A stretch of DNA of 64,000 bases from Rhina ancylostomus (Eukaryota): contig JARFYF010000001.1 in the NCBI GenBank assembly GCA_030265395.1, forward strand, positions 60,507,996-60,571,995, read 5' to 3'. The translations under genes and the position numbers were made by a program. Shown here in pieces: positions 20,470 through 32,574 of this stretch (positions are counted from its first letter, which is position 1; each line of letters starts with the position of its first letter). The notes under the pieces were generated by a model. That model did not search any database and was not told the origin of the DNA. It worked only from the letters and a program-made list of their open reading frames with translations.

Positions 20470-23400
20470 ACTGTGTCTCCTTGTTCAAAACTCTCCCATA
20501 ATGAAAACATTTTGACATTGACCCTGTCATGCCCCCTTNNNNNNNNNNNNNNNNNNNNNNNNNNNNNNNNNNNNNNNNNNNNNNNNNNNNNNNNNNNNNN
20601 NNNNNNNNNNNNNNNNNNNNNNNNNNNNNNNNNNNNNNNNNNNNNNNNNNNNNNNNNNNNNNNNNNNNNNNNNNNNNNNNNNNNNNNNNNNNNNNNNNNN
20701 NNNNNNNNNNNNNNNNNNNNNNNNNNNNNNNNNNNNNNNNNNNNNNNNNNNNNNNNNNNNNNNNNNNNACATTGACCCTGTCATGCCCCCTTAGATCTTA
20801 TACAATTCAGTAAGATCATTCTAAAGTTTGGATCTTCTGAAGTCCAAAGAATAAGGACCCAATCTATTTAGCTTCTCTTGAACTGTTCTCTCTTCCCAGG
20901 AATTAACTGGCTGAATCTCATTTGGATTGCCTCCAGATGTACTGTATCTTCTCTTTGATAATGGCACCATATCTCTGCACAGCCTCCAGGTTGTTGCCTC
21001 ACCAGAACCTGGTACAATTGTAACAAAGCTTCCCTATTACTAAAATCCAATCCTTTTGCAATAAAGATAAATATGCCATATGCCTTCTCAACTATTTACT
21101 GCACCTGCCTGCTAATTTTTCGTGATTCATGCACAACAACACCAAGATCCCTATGCACTCCACTCATTTGCAGCCTGGTTCTATTTAGGTAATAATCTGT
21201 CTTTTGATTCCTCATACCAAACTGCATGATCTCGCACTTTCCCCTATAAAATTCCATTTGCCAAATTTTCACCCACACACTCAGTCAATCTATATCCTGT
21301 TGCAGATCTACAATATCCTCAAAACAATTTGCCCTTCCACCTATTTTCATGTCATTAGAAAACTTAGATGTGTTACATTCGGCCCCCTCCTGCAGGTGAT
21401 TGATGTGAATTGTAAATAATTAAGGGCCAAGAACTGAACTCTAGGGTACTCCACAGGTTACATCCATCCAACATGAAAAAGTCCCGTTTATTCCAACTTT
21501 CTATTTTCTATGTGATAACCAATTGTCAGTCCATGCTAACACACCTCATCCTGTACCACACACTTTTAGCTTGTACACCAGCCTTTTATGTGGCACCTTG
21601 TCAAATGCCTTTTGGAATACAAATACAGAACATCCATAGGTTCCCCTCTATATGCTCTGCTTGTTATATCCTCAAAGAACTTGAGCAAATTTGTCAAACA
21701 GGATTTGTCTTTCATGAAACCATATGGGCTTGATTTGATTACATTTTGCTTTCCTAAATGCTTAGCTATTTCTTCTTTGCTTATTGACTCCAGCAATTTG
21801 CCAACAATAAATATTGAATTAACTGGTCTATGGTTTCCTGCCTTTTGTCTTCCTCCCTTGAACAATGAAGTCACATTGGCTGTTTTCAAATCCACTGGTA
21901 TCTTCCTGAAATTCAGTGACTTTTGGAATACATCAACTAGTAGATCCTTTTCTCTGCATCCATTTCACATCTGCCTTTAGTCTGTGAGTTTTTATAATAC
22001 TTTGTTCCTCGTGGTTGGGGTTTTTACAAGTTCTTCCATACTATTTGAAACTAGCCCATCTGTTATTGGGATATTTGCAGTGTCCGCCACAGTAAAAAGT
22101 GATACAAAAAGTTCTTTTAACACATTTTCTTCTGTGATGATATTAATTCCCCAGTCTCATTCTCTAGAGGTCCCACATTAAACTTAGCCACTCTCTTCCT
22201 CTTTGGCATTAGGCAAGTAGGATTAGTGTAGATGGGCACAATGGTGGACACGGTGGGCCAAAGGGTCTGCTTATGTGCTGTACAACTCCATAGGTAGAAT
22301 ATTACAGCACAGAACAGGCCCTTTGGCCCACAATGTTGTGCTGACATTTTATCCTGCTCTAAGATCTATCTAATCCTTCCCTCCCGCATAGCCCTCTTTT
22401 CTATCATTCATGCGGCTATCTAAGAGTCTCTTAAATTTCCCTAATGTATCTGCCTCCTGCACCTCTGCTGGCAGTGCGTTCCACACGCCCACCACTCTCT
22501 GTGTAAAAAAAAAACTTGTCTCTAACATCCCCCCATACCTTCCCCCAATCACCTTAAAATTATGCCCCCTTGTGTTAGCCATTTTCACCCTGGGGAAAAA
22601 NNNNNNNNNNNNNNNNNNNNNNNNNNNNNNNNNNNNNNNNNNNNNNNNNNNNNNNNNNNNNNNNNNNNNNNNNNNNNNNNNNNNNNNNNNNNNNNNNNNN
22701 AAAAGTCTCTGACTGTCCACTCGATCTATGCCTCTTATCATCTTGTACACCTCTATCAAGTCACCTCTCATCCTCCAGCACTCCAAAGAGAAAAACCCTA
22801 GCTTACTCAAACAATCTCGTAAGACATGCACTTCAATCCAGGCAGCATCTTGGTAAATCTCCTCTGCACTCTTCCTAAAGCTTCCACATCCTTCCTATAA
22901 TGAAGCGACCAGAACTGATCATAATACTCCAAGTGCGGTCTAACCAGAGTTTTATAGAGCTGCAACATTACCTGGCAGCTCTTGAATTCAGTACCCCAAC
23001 TAATGAAGGCCAACACACCAAACGCCTTCTTAACAATCCTATCAACCTGTGCAGCAACCTTAAAACTATATATCCATTGAAACTTTAAATATTTGTTTTA
23101 GTATTACATGCAGTTTTGCTCTCAAAATTAATTTTCTCCTTATGGGCTTTTTAAAATCTTTTCTCTGTCTGTCTGTCTGTCCTGAAAAATTCCCAATCCT
23201 CTGATCAGCCAATAATCCTTGCTACTTTCTATGCCTTACTTTCCAATTAACGTTACCCTTAATCTTTTTTTAACCATGAGTAAGGTTCCTCTTTCAATGG
23301 AATCCCTCTTTCTATTTTTGCTGAGCATTATGAACTAGCTGTTTAAATATCTGCCACTGTTCATCAACAGACCCATTTCTTATAACAAACCTCCTGCTGG

Positions 23401-23800
23401 AAGAACTCAGTGGGTCAAAAAGCTTCTGTGGGAGGACAGGAATTGTTGACATTTCGGTTCGAAACCTCGATCCAAAAATATCAACAATTCCTTTCCTCCC
23501 ATAGATGCTGCTTGATCCGCAGAGTTCCTCCAGCAGACTATTGCTCCGGATTCCAGTATCTACAGTCTCTTGTATCTCCATTGTGAGACCCATCTCTTAG
23601 TTTATTTAACCAGTTCACTCTGTATACCTCTACCTTCATACTATTGTAATTGCCTCTATTAAAGTTGAAGACATTGATTTTGGACCTGGGATGTTCATTC
23701 TCATATTGTATCTGAAATTCTACCATGTTGTGATCACCACTTGCTAGGAAATCCTTAACCACAAGTTCCCTTGTTAATCCTTCCTCATGACCTTTTCATT
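20470..23800 (-). mobile_element. Long CR1 ORF2 remnant with a nested younger CR1 3' end (22290-23060) and other inserts
   Basis: DHNMVEF..FNRGNY; KTANVTSLFK..AGNHRPV; GFMKDKSCLTNLLKFFE; WQMEFYRGKCEIMQFG; LLQLYQVLVR; nested LYKTLVRPHLEY..RMRGDLIEVYK..FFTQRVVGVWNALP. Confidence 0.9.
23383..23585. mobile_element. 203-bp palindromic Penelope-derived mini-element with a 14-bp TSD
   Basis: Inverted arms span 23394-23536. AGACCCATTTCTTA (23369-23382) and AGACCCATCTCTTA (23586-23599) flank it. Confidence 0.8.
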
Positions 23801-24877
23801 GAACTAGATGACTTTAAAGGGAATGGGAATTATACAAGCTCTCTGAATACTGGTTCTGTCTGTAAACCTACCCATGTTCCTGACCCTGGTGTTTCAGTCC
23901 CTAACCCAGCTCTGGACACACACCCAGCCTACAGTCCATGCCCCCAGCTCTGACTGCACTCCCTGCTCCCAGTCTGGAGCCCTGACTCACATTCCAAATT
24001 AATGATAGACAGATGCTGAACTATTGGAATTTCCAAACAATTGAATGCTGGATTATTGGAGTTTAATTCTTTGTTTTTGGTCCTTTGTTTGTCATTTTTT
24101 ATAGTAGTTATGGACTGCGGAAGAATGGTTAGGTGGTCATATGACTATGATAAGCAACAATTTCCATAACTTCAAGAGGCAATTAGGCACTAAGTTGTGA
24201 TGATTTTCAGTTTTGATGTTTGGTTGCCTCTGCAGAACCATTTTGAAAATCAGACCAACTCAGTAAGAGACTGGCAACAAATGAATGGCAATCCTGCTTC
24301 AGCAACTTGGAGTTTGTTTAACATAGTAAAACATCCCAAGGGGTTTCGGAAGAGCAATATTGAACCAAGTATGACATCCAGCCACATAAGGAGATATTAG
24401 GATACCTGATTAAGTTTGGTGGAATAAGTATGTTTTTAAGNNNNNNNNNNNNAGTGGCTGAAATTGTGGCCACATTGGTCCTGTACGATTTCAGGCGAGG
24501 CAACACTTTACATTACCACCACAGGATGGCAGATTGCGAGCACAAACCTACTTAATGATTCACAAAGTAATGAAATGGTCACAGCATAATAAGAGGCCAT
24601 TTGGCTATTCAAGTTTGTATGAGCTCAACTTATGAGCAATACCGCTAGTTCCTCTTCCCCACCCACTTCTATATTTCAGTAAGTTATTTCAGATACCCAA
24701 CCAGCTTCTCTCCAAAATGTACAACTGCATGTGCCTCCACTAACCAAACCTTGCCACTTGCTGCTAGTAGATTATTGTATGGCACCAAAGTTTTATCTTT
24801 ATGTAATCAATCAGTTGCTGATTATTTGCTTAATCTTTATAGAAACAGTTTAAATGTAGGGCTTCTTGTTACACCAG

Positions 24878-24972
24878 GTACAAAGACTTTGGTTGTCCAT
24901 GGACAGAATGAATGTGATATTCCAACACAACTTCCTGTGCATGAAGATACACAGTTTGAAGCTGTTCTAAAG
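24878..24972 (+). CDS. UNC80: UNC80 exon 8 (GTKTLVVHGQNECDIPTQLPVHEDTQFEAVLK)
   Basis: caccag|GT...AAG|gtaaag; 95 nt, phase 1-0. Confidence 0.96.
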
Positions 24973-25629
24973 GTAAAGAGACTTTATTTCAAGAAAGAGT
25001 TTACATTCTGTTTGTGATCATTGGAATTAAGATTCGATCATTTTACTATATGTATATAGTATGTACCATATAGTAAATACTCTATTTTCAATGTGTTTTT
25101 GTCGTATTTCAGAGTGTGCCTGTTACTAATATACTGTATTTAAATGCATGTATGTTGCGCGCTTGCTTTATTTAATTTTTTTGTCCTTTATACATTGATC
25201 TTCTTTCAGTTTATACCTCTTAATTATTTACTTTTATTGGTATATGCTCAATTTAAGTCCACATTGTTCAAGCATCCATTCCTATTCTGTCAAATGTTTA
25301 GTTACAGCAGTTTCTCTTTTATTTTTTGTTGTGTTTATGATATATAAACACACAAAATTATGATCCTAGTTTTAAAATTTTAAACCCATTCATATCTTTT
25401 AATGGACAAAAAATTATGGTTAGGGCCCACAGCATTATTTGACCAAGGACCTCACTGATAACATGCTTCAGTTTTGCAGAATTTGCACTTTGGTGAGTAC
25501 AGTTGAATGCAGAATGATTGGGTAAATGTTTTTTTTTGGTAATTTAAAATTGAATCTCATCTTTGCTGAAAATATTAGCAGATAAAGTAAGGAAGATTGT
25601 AGGTATATAATCAGTATTAAAAAGACTAT

Positions 25630-26000
25630 ATGGCATAGAAATGGACCATAGAGCCCAACTGGCCCATACCAGCATTTACACAAAGCTTCCTGTCTCCCTC
25701 ATTTCATTGTATTATCTTTTCATCCCATCTCACTTGTGCTTGTTTAGCCTCCCTTTAAATGCATCTCTGCTGTTTGCTTCAACCATTCTCTGAGAGAGTA
25801 TTTCATATTGTCATCATGCATTCAATAACAAGGTTTTTTCTGAATACCCAATTGGATTCTTTGCTGGCCATCTTATAATGATGCCCACTGGTTAAGCATT
25901 TCTACACAAGTGTAAACATACTCCCTGCATCTACTCTTAGCAAAACCCTTGATAATTTTAAAGTTGGGTCACCCCTCCACCTTCATTTCTCAAGACGTAT
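25630..26000 (-). mobile_element. CR1 3' end (old)
   Basis: Reverse tail GGCATAGAAATGGACCATAGAGCCCAACTGGCCCATACC..CCCTTGATAATTTAAAG..GTCACCCCTC. Confidence 0.65.
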
Positions 26001-26079
26001 TTTCAGACATTCAAAACTATCTTTTGTCAAACTTGCACTCTTTTCAATCATCATCTTAAAAGCATGTTATGTTGTGTTG

Positions 26080-26790
26080 ACTATTGTTGAGATGTTCCTC
26101 TACTTCATCAAATTATTACAGTTCAGCTTATGCTTTTTTAAAATTTAGATCTTAATTGCTGATATCCTTTTAGCAGGGTCTCCTCCTTTTAGCAGGGTCT
26201 CCTCCTTTCTCCTACCTGTTTTACTTGTTTCAGTGTGGATCACAACAACTGTATTTACTCCCTCTCTTTCCAAATTGCTCTCCAGCTGCTGAAAGATATC
26301 TCTTACCAATGTCACAGAAAGGCAAAGCACCTTCCAGCATTGTTGTCCTTGGCCGCAGAGGATGCTAACTGTGCTCTAATGTTAGAGTGTCCTACCACTA
26401 CCATATTACTATCATGCTCTTCCACCCTTTCATCAACTTTCCAAGCTACTGTGCTTTGGTTTTCATTATATTTGTCCACTTTGCATTTTATTTTCTTTAT
26501 TCATAGATAACAAATGCATGATTCTGTAGGTGAGGACTATTTCTACAAACTTCTTTCTCAGCTTCTCATAAGCTCTACTATCTGATTCCATAATAGTCAC
26601 ACTTTCCTCATCTTGGACGTGCTTTCCTTTGCATTGTGACTGAACAGCTTGAACCTTAAGTGTCAGACTGTCCCCAACTCAAACTCCAGTCAGAAACTGG
26701 ACTGGAGAGATTTACTGCAGACACCAATGATCAGGATAATTTCACTCTCTGCAAACTTTCACTTTCTGCAGTCCACCGTCTGCCCTACTA
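26080..26790 (-). mobile_element. CR1 ORF1 remnant (zinc-finger and SGNH esterase-like); contains a 19-bp tandem duplication at 26166-26203
   Basis: MLCLSVTLVRDIFQQLESNLEREGVNTVVVIHTETSKTGRRKEETL resembles CR1 ORF1 VCCLPGARVRD..L.GEG..P.VVVHIGTND.GR. Confidence 0.7.
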
Positions 26791-26994
26791 TGTCTTAGAT
26801 AAGACTTGTTTAATTAATTTAAGTCTTTCTTCAATGATTATTTATAGTTATGCTGAAATTGTCTACTTTAAGTTATTAAGTTTAATACTGCATGTTATAA
26901 TTTCCTGGTCCTAGTTTTAATCAGTGCCATAGTCTAAAGAAAAAAATACCTTTATAGTCGCCACTTAGTCACATACCTGCTTTCCTATCATGTC

Positions 26995-27255
26995 TCTCTT
27001 GGAGCCCCTTCCAATTCATTCTTTCTTTAAACTCAAGGAGCTTCTATCTCAAACTGTTTTTAACATTTCTGATTTCCACCCTCTGTTTTTAAATACTTAG
27101 AGCTTCTGTCTCCTGCACTGTTTTCAGACTTGTGGAGCCTTCCTCTTTTGTGCTGTTTTTAAACTCACGGAGCCTCTCTCTTCTGTCTGTGAAGTCTCGG
27201 AAACTCTTCCTCCAGTACTGATTTTAAACTGTCCAAGCCTTTCTCTCCCAAATTT
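26995..27255. repeat. Degenerate tandem array of about 35-40 bp units (TTTAAACT..GAGCC/TT..CTC)
   Basis: Recurring tttaaactcaaggagcttc, tttaaatacttagagcttc, ttcagacttgtggagcctt, tttaaactcacggagcctc, tttaaactgtccaagcctt. Confidence 0.55.
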
Positions 27256-27765
27256 TTTTTTTCACTTTTGCAGTTCCAGATACAGTGTGGCATTTGCCAT
27301 AACTGGGTTGGACGCATTACTGTGATTGTCCATGGCTAGCTTCAGTAAACATTCCAGCAGAAGCAGGCATGCTTTACAGAATTAAATCTTTAGCTGGCAA
27401 ATATTGTATAGTGATGTTGGCACCATTCCAAGTGACTCAAATATATCAGTAGAATGCAATCATTTAGTAATTTACAGGGTATATTTTTTGATTAATGAAT
27501 ACCAAGTTGATAATTTTTAATGAAAAATTAGATAGTTATTCCAAATTCATGCAGCTGGCAGAAAGCATTTATCACTCATTGTACAGTGGGTTTTATCACT
27601 GACAACTTCCTGTGGGTTTTTGTGGGTTTTTGTGTGTTTCTCCCATACAGGATTCAAATTAACATGGCAATGTGTTCTAAACATATTTTAAAAATCACAC
27701 TATTTCCTATTCCTTTGGCTCATATATGTTGTAATTGTTGGACCTGTCACACTATTTCTTTCCAG

Positions 27766-27855
27766 GAATGTTTGGAATTTTTTAATATTCCTGAAGCTCA
27801 GTCGAACCATTACTTTTTGATGGATAAACGCTGGAACCTAATACATTATGCTAAA
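27766..27855 (+). CDS. UNC80: UNC80 exon 9 (ECLEFFNIPEAQSNHYFLMDKRWNLIHYAK)
   Basis: ttccag|GAA...AAA|gtaagg; 90 nt, phase 0-0. Confidence 0.96.
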
Positions 27856-28065
27856 GTAAGGCTGATCTATTTTACTTAGCAAATATCAAATGGCATACCA
27901 ATTATTATTACAAGGGAAAGATGTAAAAATAGGAAAACAACTTAACCTGACAATTGGTCGAATATTTTGCTGATTGAAGTATGCTTACCTTATGTTAGAA
28001 AGCCATTCAATGCGGAATAGCCAGCCTCTGTTTTGCTTCTACTTAAGTGGCTGGTCTGGTTACAT

Positions 28066-29840
28066 TGAACATAGAACAGTACAGGCCCTTTGGCCCATGA
28101 TGTTGTGCCGACTTGTATAAACCTTATCCACATTCCATCTATCCCCCTCTCTACTTCACCTCCCATAACCCTTCATTTTTCTTTCAACCATGTACCTATC
28201 TAAAATTCTCTTAAATGGCCCTATCGTATCAACCCCTACCACCACCCCTGGCAGTGCATTTCAGGCACCCACCGCCTCTTTTAAAAAGAAAACCTGCCTC
28301 TGATGTCTCTCCTGAACTTTCCTTAAAAGGGTGACCTCTAGTATTGGCAATTACAGCCCTGGGGGAAAAGGTGCTGGCTGTCCACTCTGTCTGTACCTCT
28401 CATAATCTTATATACATCAATCAAATCGCCTCTCATCCTTTGTTGCTCCAAAGATAAAAGCCCTAGATCGCTCAAACTCCTCATAAGACATGTTTTCCAA
28501 TCCAGGCAGCATCCTGGTAAATCTCCTCTGCATCCTCTCCAAAGCTTTCACATCCTTTCTATAATGTGACGACTAGACCCGAACACAAAATTCCAAGTGC
28601 GGTCTAACCAGAGTCTTGAGGACCCTGCAACATTACCTCTTGGCTCTTGAGCTCAATCACCGGCTAATGAAGGCCAGTCCACCATAGGCTGCCTTAAACA
28701 CCCTATCAACTTACATGGCAACTTTGAGGGATCTATATACTTGGACCCCAAGGTCTCTCTGTTCCTCCACACTGCCAAGAATCCTGTCATTAAGCATTTA
28801 CTCAGCCTTCAAGTGTGATTGTCCAAAGTATATCACTTCACACTTCTCTGCATTGAACTCCATCTGCCACTTCTCGGCCCAGCTCTGCATCCCTTCTANN
28901 NNNNNNNNNNNNNNNNNNNNNNNNNNNNNNNNNNNNNNNNNNNNNNNNNNNNNNNNNNNNNNNNNNNNNNNNNNNNNNNNNNNNNNNNNNNNNNNNNNCC
29001 CATCGTATTAGCCCCTAAACCCCCCCCCCTTCCAGCAGTGCATTCTAGGCACCCACCACTCACTGTGTTAAAAAAAAGCCTACCTCTGACATCCCCCCGA
29101 ACTTTCCTCCACGCACCTTAAATGGGTGACCTTTGGTATTGGCCATTACCACCATGGGGAAAAGATGCTGGCTGTCCACTCTGATTCCCTATTAAATCTC
29201 TCTCCTCTCACCTTAAACCAATGCTCTCTAGTTCTTGATTCCCCAACCCTGGGAAACACACTGTGCACATTCACCCTATTTATGCCCCTCATAATTTTAT
29301 ACACTTCCGTAAGATCACCCCTCATTTTCTTATGCTCCAATGAAAGAAGTACCAACCTGCTCAACCTCCCTCCAAAACTCCGCTCTCAAGACACAGCAAC
29401 GTCCTCGTAAATCTCCTCTGCACTCTTTCCAGCTTAATGGCATCTTTCGTTTAACAGGGTGACCAAAACTGAACACAATATTCCAAACGTGACCTCACCA
29501 ATGTCTTGTGCAACTGCAACATAACATCCCAACTTCTATACTCAGTGCCCTGACTGATGAAGGCCAGTGTGCCAAAGGTCTTCTTCACCACCCTGTCTAC
29601 ATGCGACATCACTTTCAGGGAACTGTGAAATTGTACTCCTAGGTCCTCTGTTCCATTATACTTCCTAGTGCTCTACCATTCACTGTAAAGTCCTACCCTG
29701 GTTTGATCTCCCAAAATGCAATACCTCACACTTATCTGGATTGAAATCCATTTGCCACTCCTCAGCCCACTTCCCTGACTGATCAAGATCCCCCTGTAAT
29801 CTACGATGGTTGTCTTCACTATCAACAAAACCACCTATTT
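28066..29840 (-). mobile_element. Tandem/nested CR1 3' portions
   Basis: Reverse tail GAACATAGAACAGTACAGGCCCTTTGGCCCATG; ORFs MRGDLTEVYKIMRGINRV and LQGDLDQSGKWAEEWQMDFNPDKCEVLHFGRSN. Confidence 0.9.
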
Positions 29841-30310
29841 CTTTCAGATACCTCACAATGGCTGTTAAACTGAATTCCTTCCATCTACAGACAAAATGCA
29901 GAATGCAGCTGTTTTGCAAACAATAAGATAATACAAGAGAAAATGCAATTCTTGTTCAATTAATTTGTTTTTTCACTGCTGTAGATTGAATGGATTTTTG
30001 ACCACAACATGGGAAACTCAAATTTGAATAATTCAGCACCTCAACAGACAGAGGATCTAGCTCAAGTATAATGTCTCATCTAATAAATAGCACTTTTGAG
30101 AATTTAGTGATTTCTCAGTACTGAATTGTAGTGCCAACTCAAACTAAATAAAAGAAAGGGTGAAGTGTTGTTCAACAACGATCCAGCNNNNTGAGGGAAG
30201 CACATGCAAAGAGATTAAACCTATGATATTTCTGGAATCAAATTCCTCACCATGCAGTGTATTTGCCTGTTATGTTGACCTGTTTTGAATGTTATGGATG
30301 GTTTTTACAG

Positions 30311-30412
30311 ACATACGTACGAGACATTTACCCATTTCGGCGATCAGTCTCACCACAGTTGAACCTTGTCCACATGCCTCCCGCCAAAGGACAAGAACTA
30401 ATCCAAAAACAG
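30311..30412 (+). CDS. UNC80: UNC80 exon 10 (TYVRDIYPFRRSVSPQLNLVHMPPAKGQELIQKQ), GC donor
   Basis: ttacag|ACA...CAG|gcaagc; 102 nt, phase 0-0; the next exon begins VFTRKLEE. Confidence 0.93.
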
Positions 30413-31184
30413 GCAAGCAGAAGACCTATGTGCCGAAATGAAATTTAGAATCCTTTGCTAATGTTTTTGCACTTTGCTTTATCCTACAATCGTTTGTTCA
30501 TAGATTTTGTCTTATTTGAATGTACCTGTACAAAATATTTAATTATGCAAAATATGCCTATTAACTTTCAAGGCAATTGATAATCCATGTTGTGTTCACA
30601 CAAGTACGTCACTTCATTTTACAGACTCGTAAGAAATATCCTAAAACTTGTTGTTATGAATCAGAAAACAAAAATGATTAAAATAGCAACTTGTACATCA
30701 ACATTTTTCCTATCTGTGCATCTCTGTGCCCCAACAGATAGCATACTTTACCTACAGTTTTAATAATGATGTCCATTATTAGCCTTGGAAGAGTATTTTG
30801 TTTTACAGCTATGCTCAGCCCAGATTGTTGATCTGCTAAAAGATACTGTGAATGAGAGGATATATTTATGCTGAAGGTACATGAAATAATTGAACTAAAC
30901 ACAGGTTATTTTCATTGAACACAAAGTTGAGTGAAATCTGTCAGGGTTGAAAAGGTCTGATATGGTCATTTGCAAGATGTATTTAACTGAGCAGTAAGCC
31001 TCCTGATAAAAGGAATAAAGCAAGGATTAGTAGGAGTGATTAAAGGAATTCCTTTCTAATTAGCAATTGTAATTAGAAATTTTATTATCATCCAGGACCT
31101 AGCAGTATGACAAGCTCATTATCGTGTTTAAATGTTTCCAAACAGTGTTGAAATATCAACAGCAACTATGAAGCTTTCTTAAAA

Positions 31185-31312
31185 TGCAAAAGAATTGCAG
31201 ATGCTGGAAATATGAAATATAAGTAGAAGCTGTGGGAAATACTCAGATGGACAGGCAGCACCTATGGAGCAAAATAATTAAAATTTCAAGTTGAAGACTT
31301 TCATCAATACTT
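31185..31312 (-). mobile_element. Penelope-like tail remnant
   Basis: GCAGATGCTGGAAAT..ACTCAG..CAGGCAGCACCTATGGAG; minus strand TTGATGAAAGTCTTCAACTTGAAA. Similar remnants at 32985-33060, 38915-38970 and 48320-48730. Confidence 0.55.
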
Positions 31313-31798
31313 GAGCTCAGGAAGGTGTTCCTTGATAGAAATAGGTTGTTTCTCCCAACCTGCAGGGTTCTGCTTAGTTCCTGTAGAACTGTGCAAGTCA
31401 CTTGGAAATTCACTGCTTTATAGCTGTAATGGTTTTTTTTTGGACAGCCCCCAGTCAATTTTAAAACAAGTTTTTAAATTGCCACTTGGCTCCATAGTTT
31501 TTGATGTCCTGGAAACTACAACTGTTGTTGTGTCCACTTTTGGGGGAATGGCATCATGAACTGTTCTTAAGCATTGGCTTTTTCTGCTTTAAAACCTATT
31601 GTCTGGATTCAAGGGCCCTTACAGTTGGTGAATCTGAATATTTAACTGAAATCGCTTTGGAAGAATATGAAGACAGTAATGGCACGATGATTTCTTATTT
31701 GCTGAAGTCACTGAGCTTCATGACATTTTAAAAGAAAACCATAAATTTTAAAAACACGTTTTGCCTTCTCAAAATCTAATTTACATAATTTAAAATAG

Positions 31799-31979
31799 GT
31801 GTTTACACGGAAACTGGAGGAGCTTGGGCGAGTGATGTTTCTGATGTCCCTTACTCAACACATGCCAACAGTACACAAACAATCCCATGTCTCCTTGCTT
31901 CAAGAGGATCTCCTCAGATTACCGTCATTCCCTCGCAATGCAGTTGATGCAGAATTTTCCTTGTTTGCTGATCATCAAG
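31799..31979 (+). CDS. UNC80: UNC80 exon 11 (VFTRKLEELGRV...FSLFADHQ)
   Basis: aaatag|GTG...CAAG|gtaaaa; 181 nt, phase 0-1. Confidence 0.96.
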
Positions 31980-32308
31980 GTAAAATTGCTCTTCAGCAAA
32001 TGTCAAATCATTTGAACTAAATTTTCAAACATCCAAATAATTGTCTACTCACTATTGATTTTGTAAAGCAAAGTGGCCATCATTGGAGCTAAGCATAGTG
32101 CTAAGTAACAATGGAATGAATTTCAGAGCTGATGCACATTCATGTTAGTTGTTTAAAAAGGTTGTATTCTACGAATTATTTTTAATTAAGTTAAATGGAG
32201 TAGTTTTCAGTTTTCATACACATTCATATGGATAGGTACAGTAAGTTCTTCACTTATTTGGATAATGCAGATATTTGCATATCATAAAATTTTTCATTGT
32301 TTTGTCAG

Positions 32309-32574
32309 GTAAAGAGCTATTTGGACTTGATACTCTTCATAAGAGTATGTGGATCAAGCTATTAGAAGAAATGTTTTTGGGAATGCCTAGTGAATTTCCA
32401 TGGGGCGATGAGATCATGCTGTTCCTAAATGTATTTAATGGAGCTTTAATTCTTCATCCAGAAGATAGTGCATTGCTTCGACAATATGCTGCTACAGCAA
32501 TCAATACTGCAGTGCACTTCAATCATCTTTTTTCACTGAGTGGTTATCAGTGGATCCTTCCTTCCATGCTTCAA
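32309..32574 (+). CDS. UNC80: UNC80 exon 12 (GKELFGLDTLHKSMW...YQWILPSMLQ)
   Basis: tgtcag|GT...CAA|gtaagt; 266 nt, phase 1-0. Confidence 0.97.

Noticed and set aside
20515-20792. Identical 24-bp direct repeat ACATTGACCCTGTCATGCCCCCTT flanking an N gap (apparent TSD)
   Set aside because: It abuts the gap exactly on both sides, so a contig-overlap artefact is more likely. Long reads would be needed to exclude a real insertion.
24873-24885. AG|GT exon starts (also 32309 GTAAAG and 47811 GTAATG) as recursive splice sites
   Set aside because: They are explained by conserved Gly/Val codons, and the introns are short for recursive splicing.
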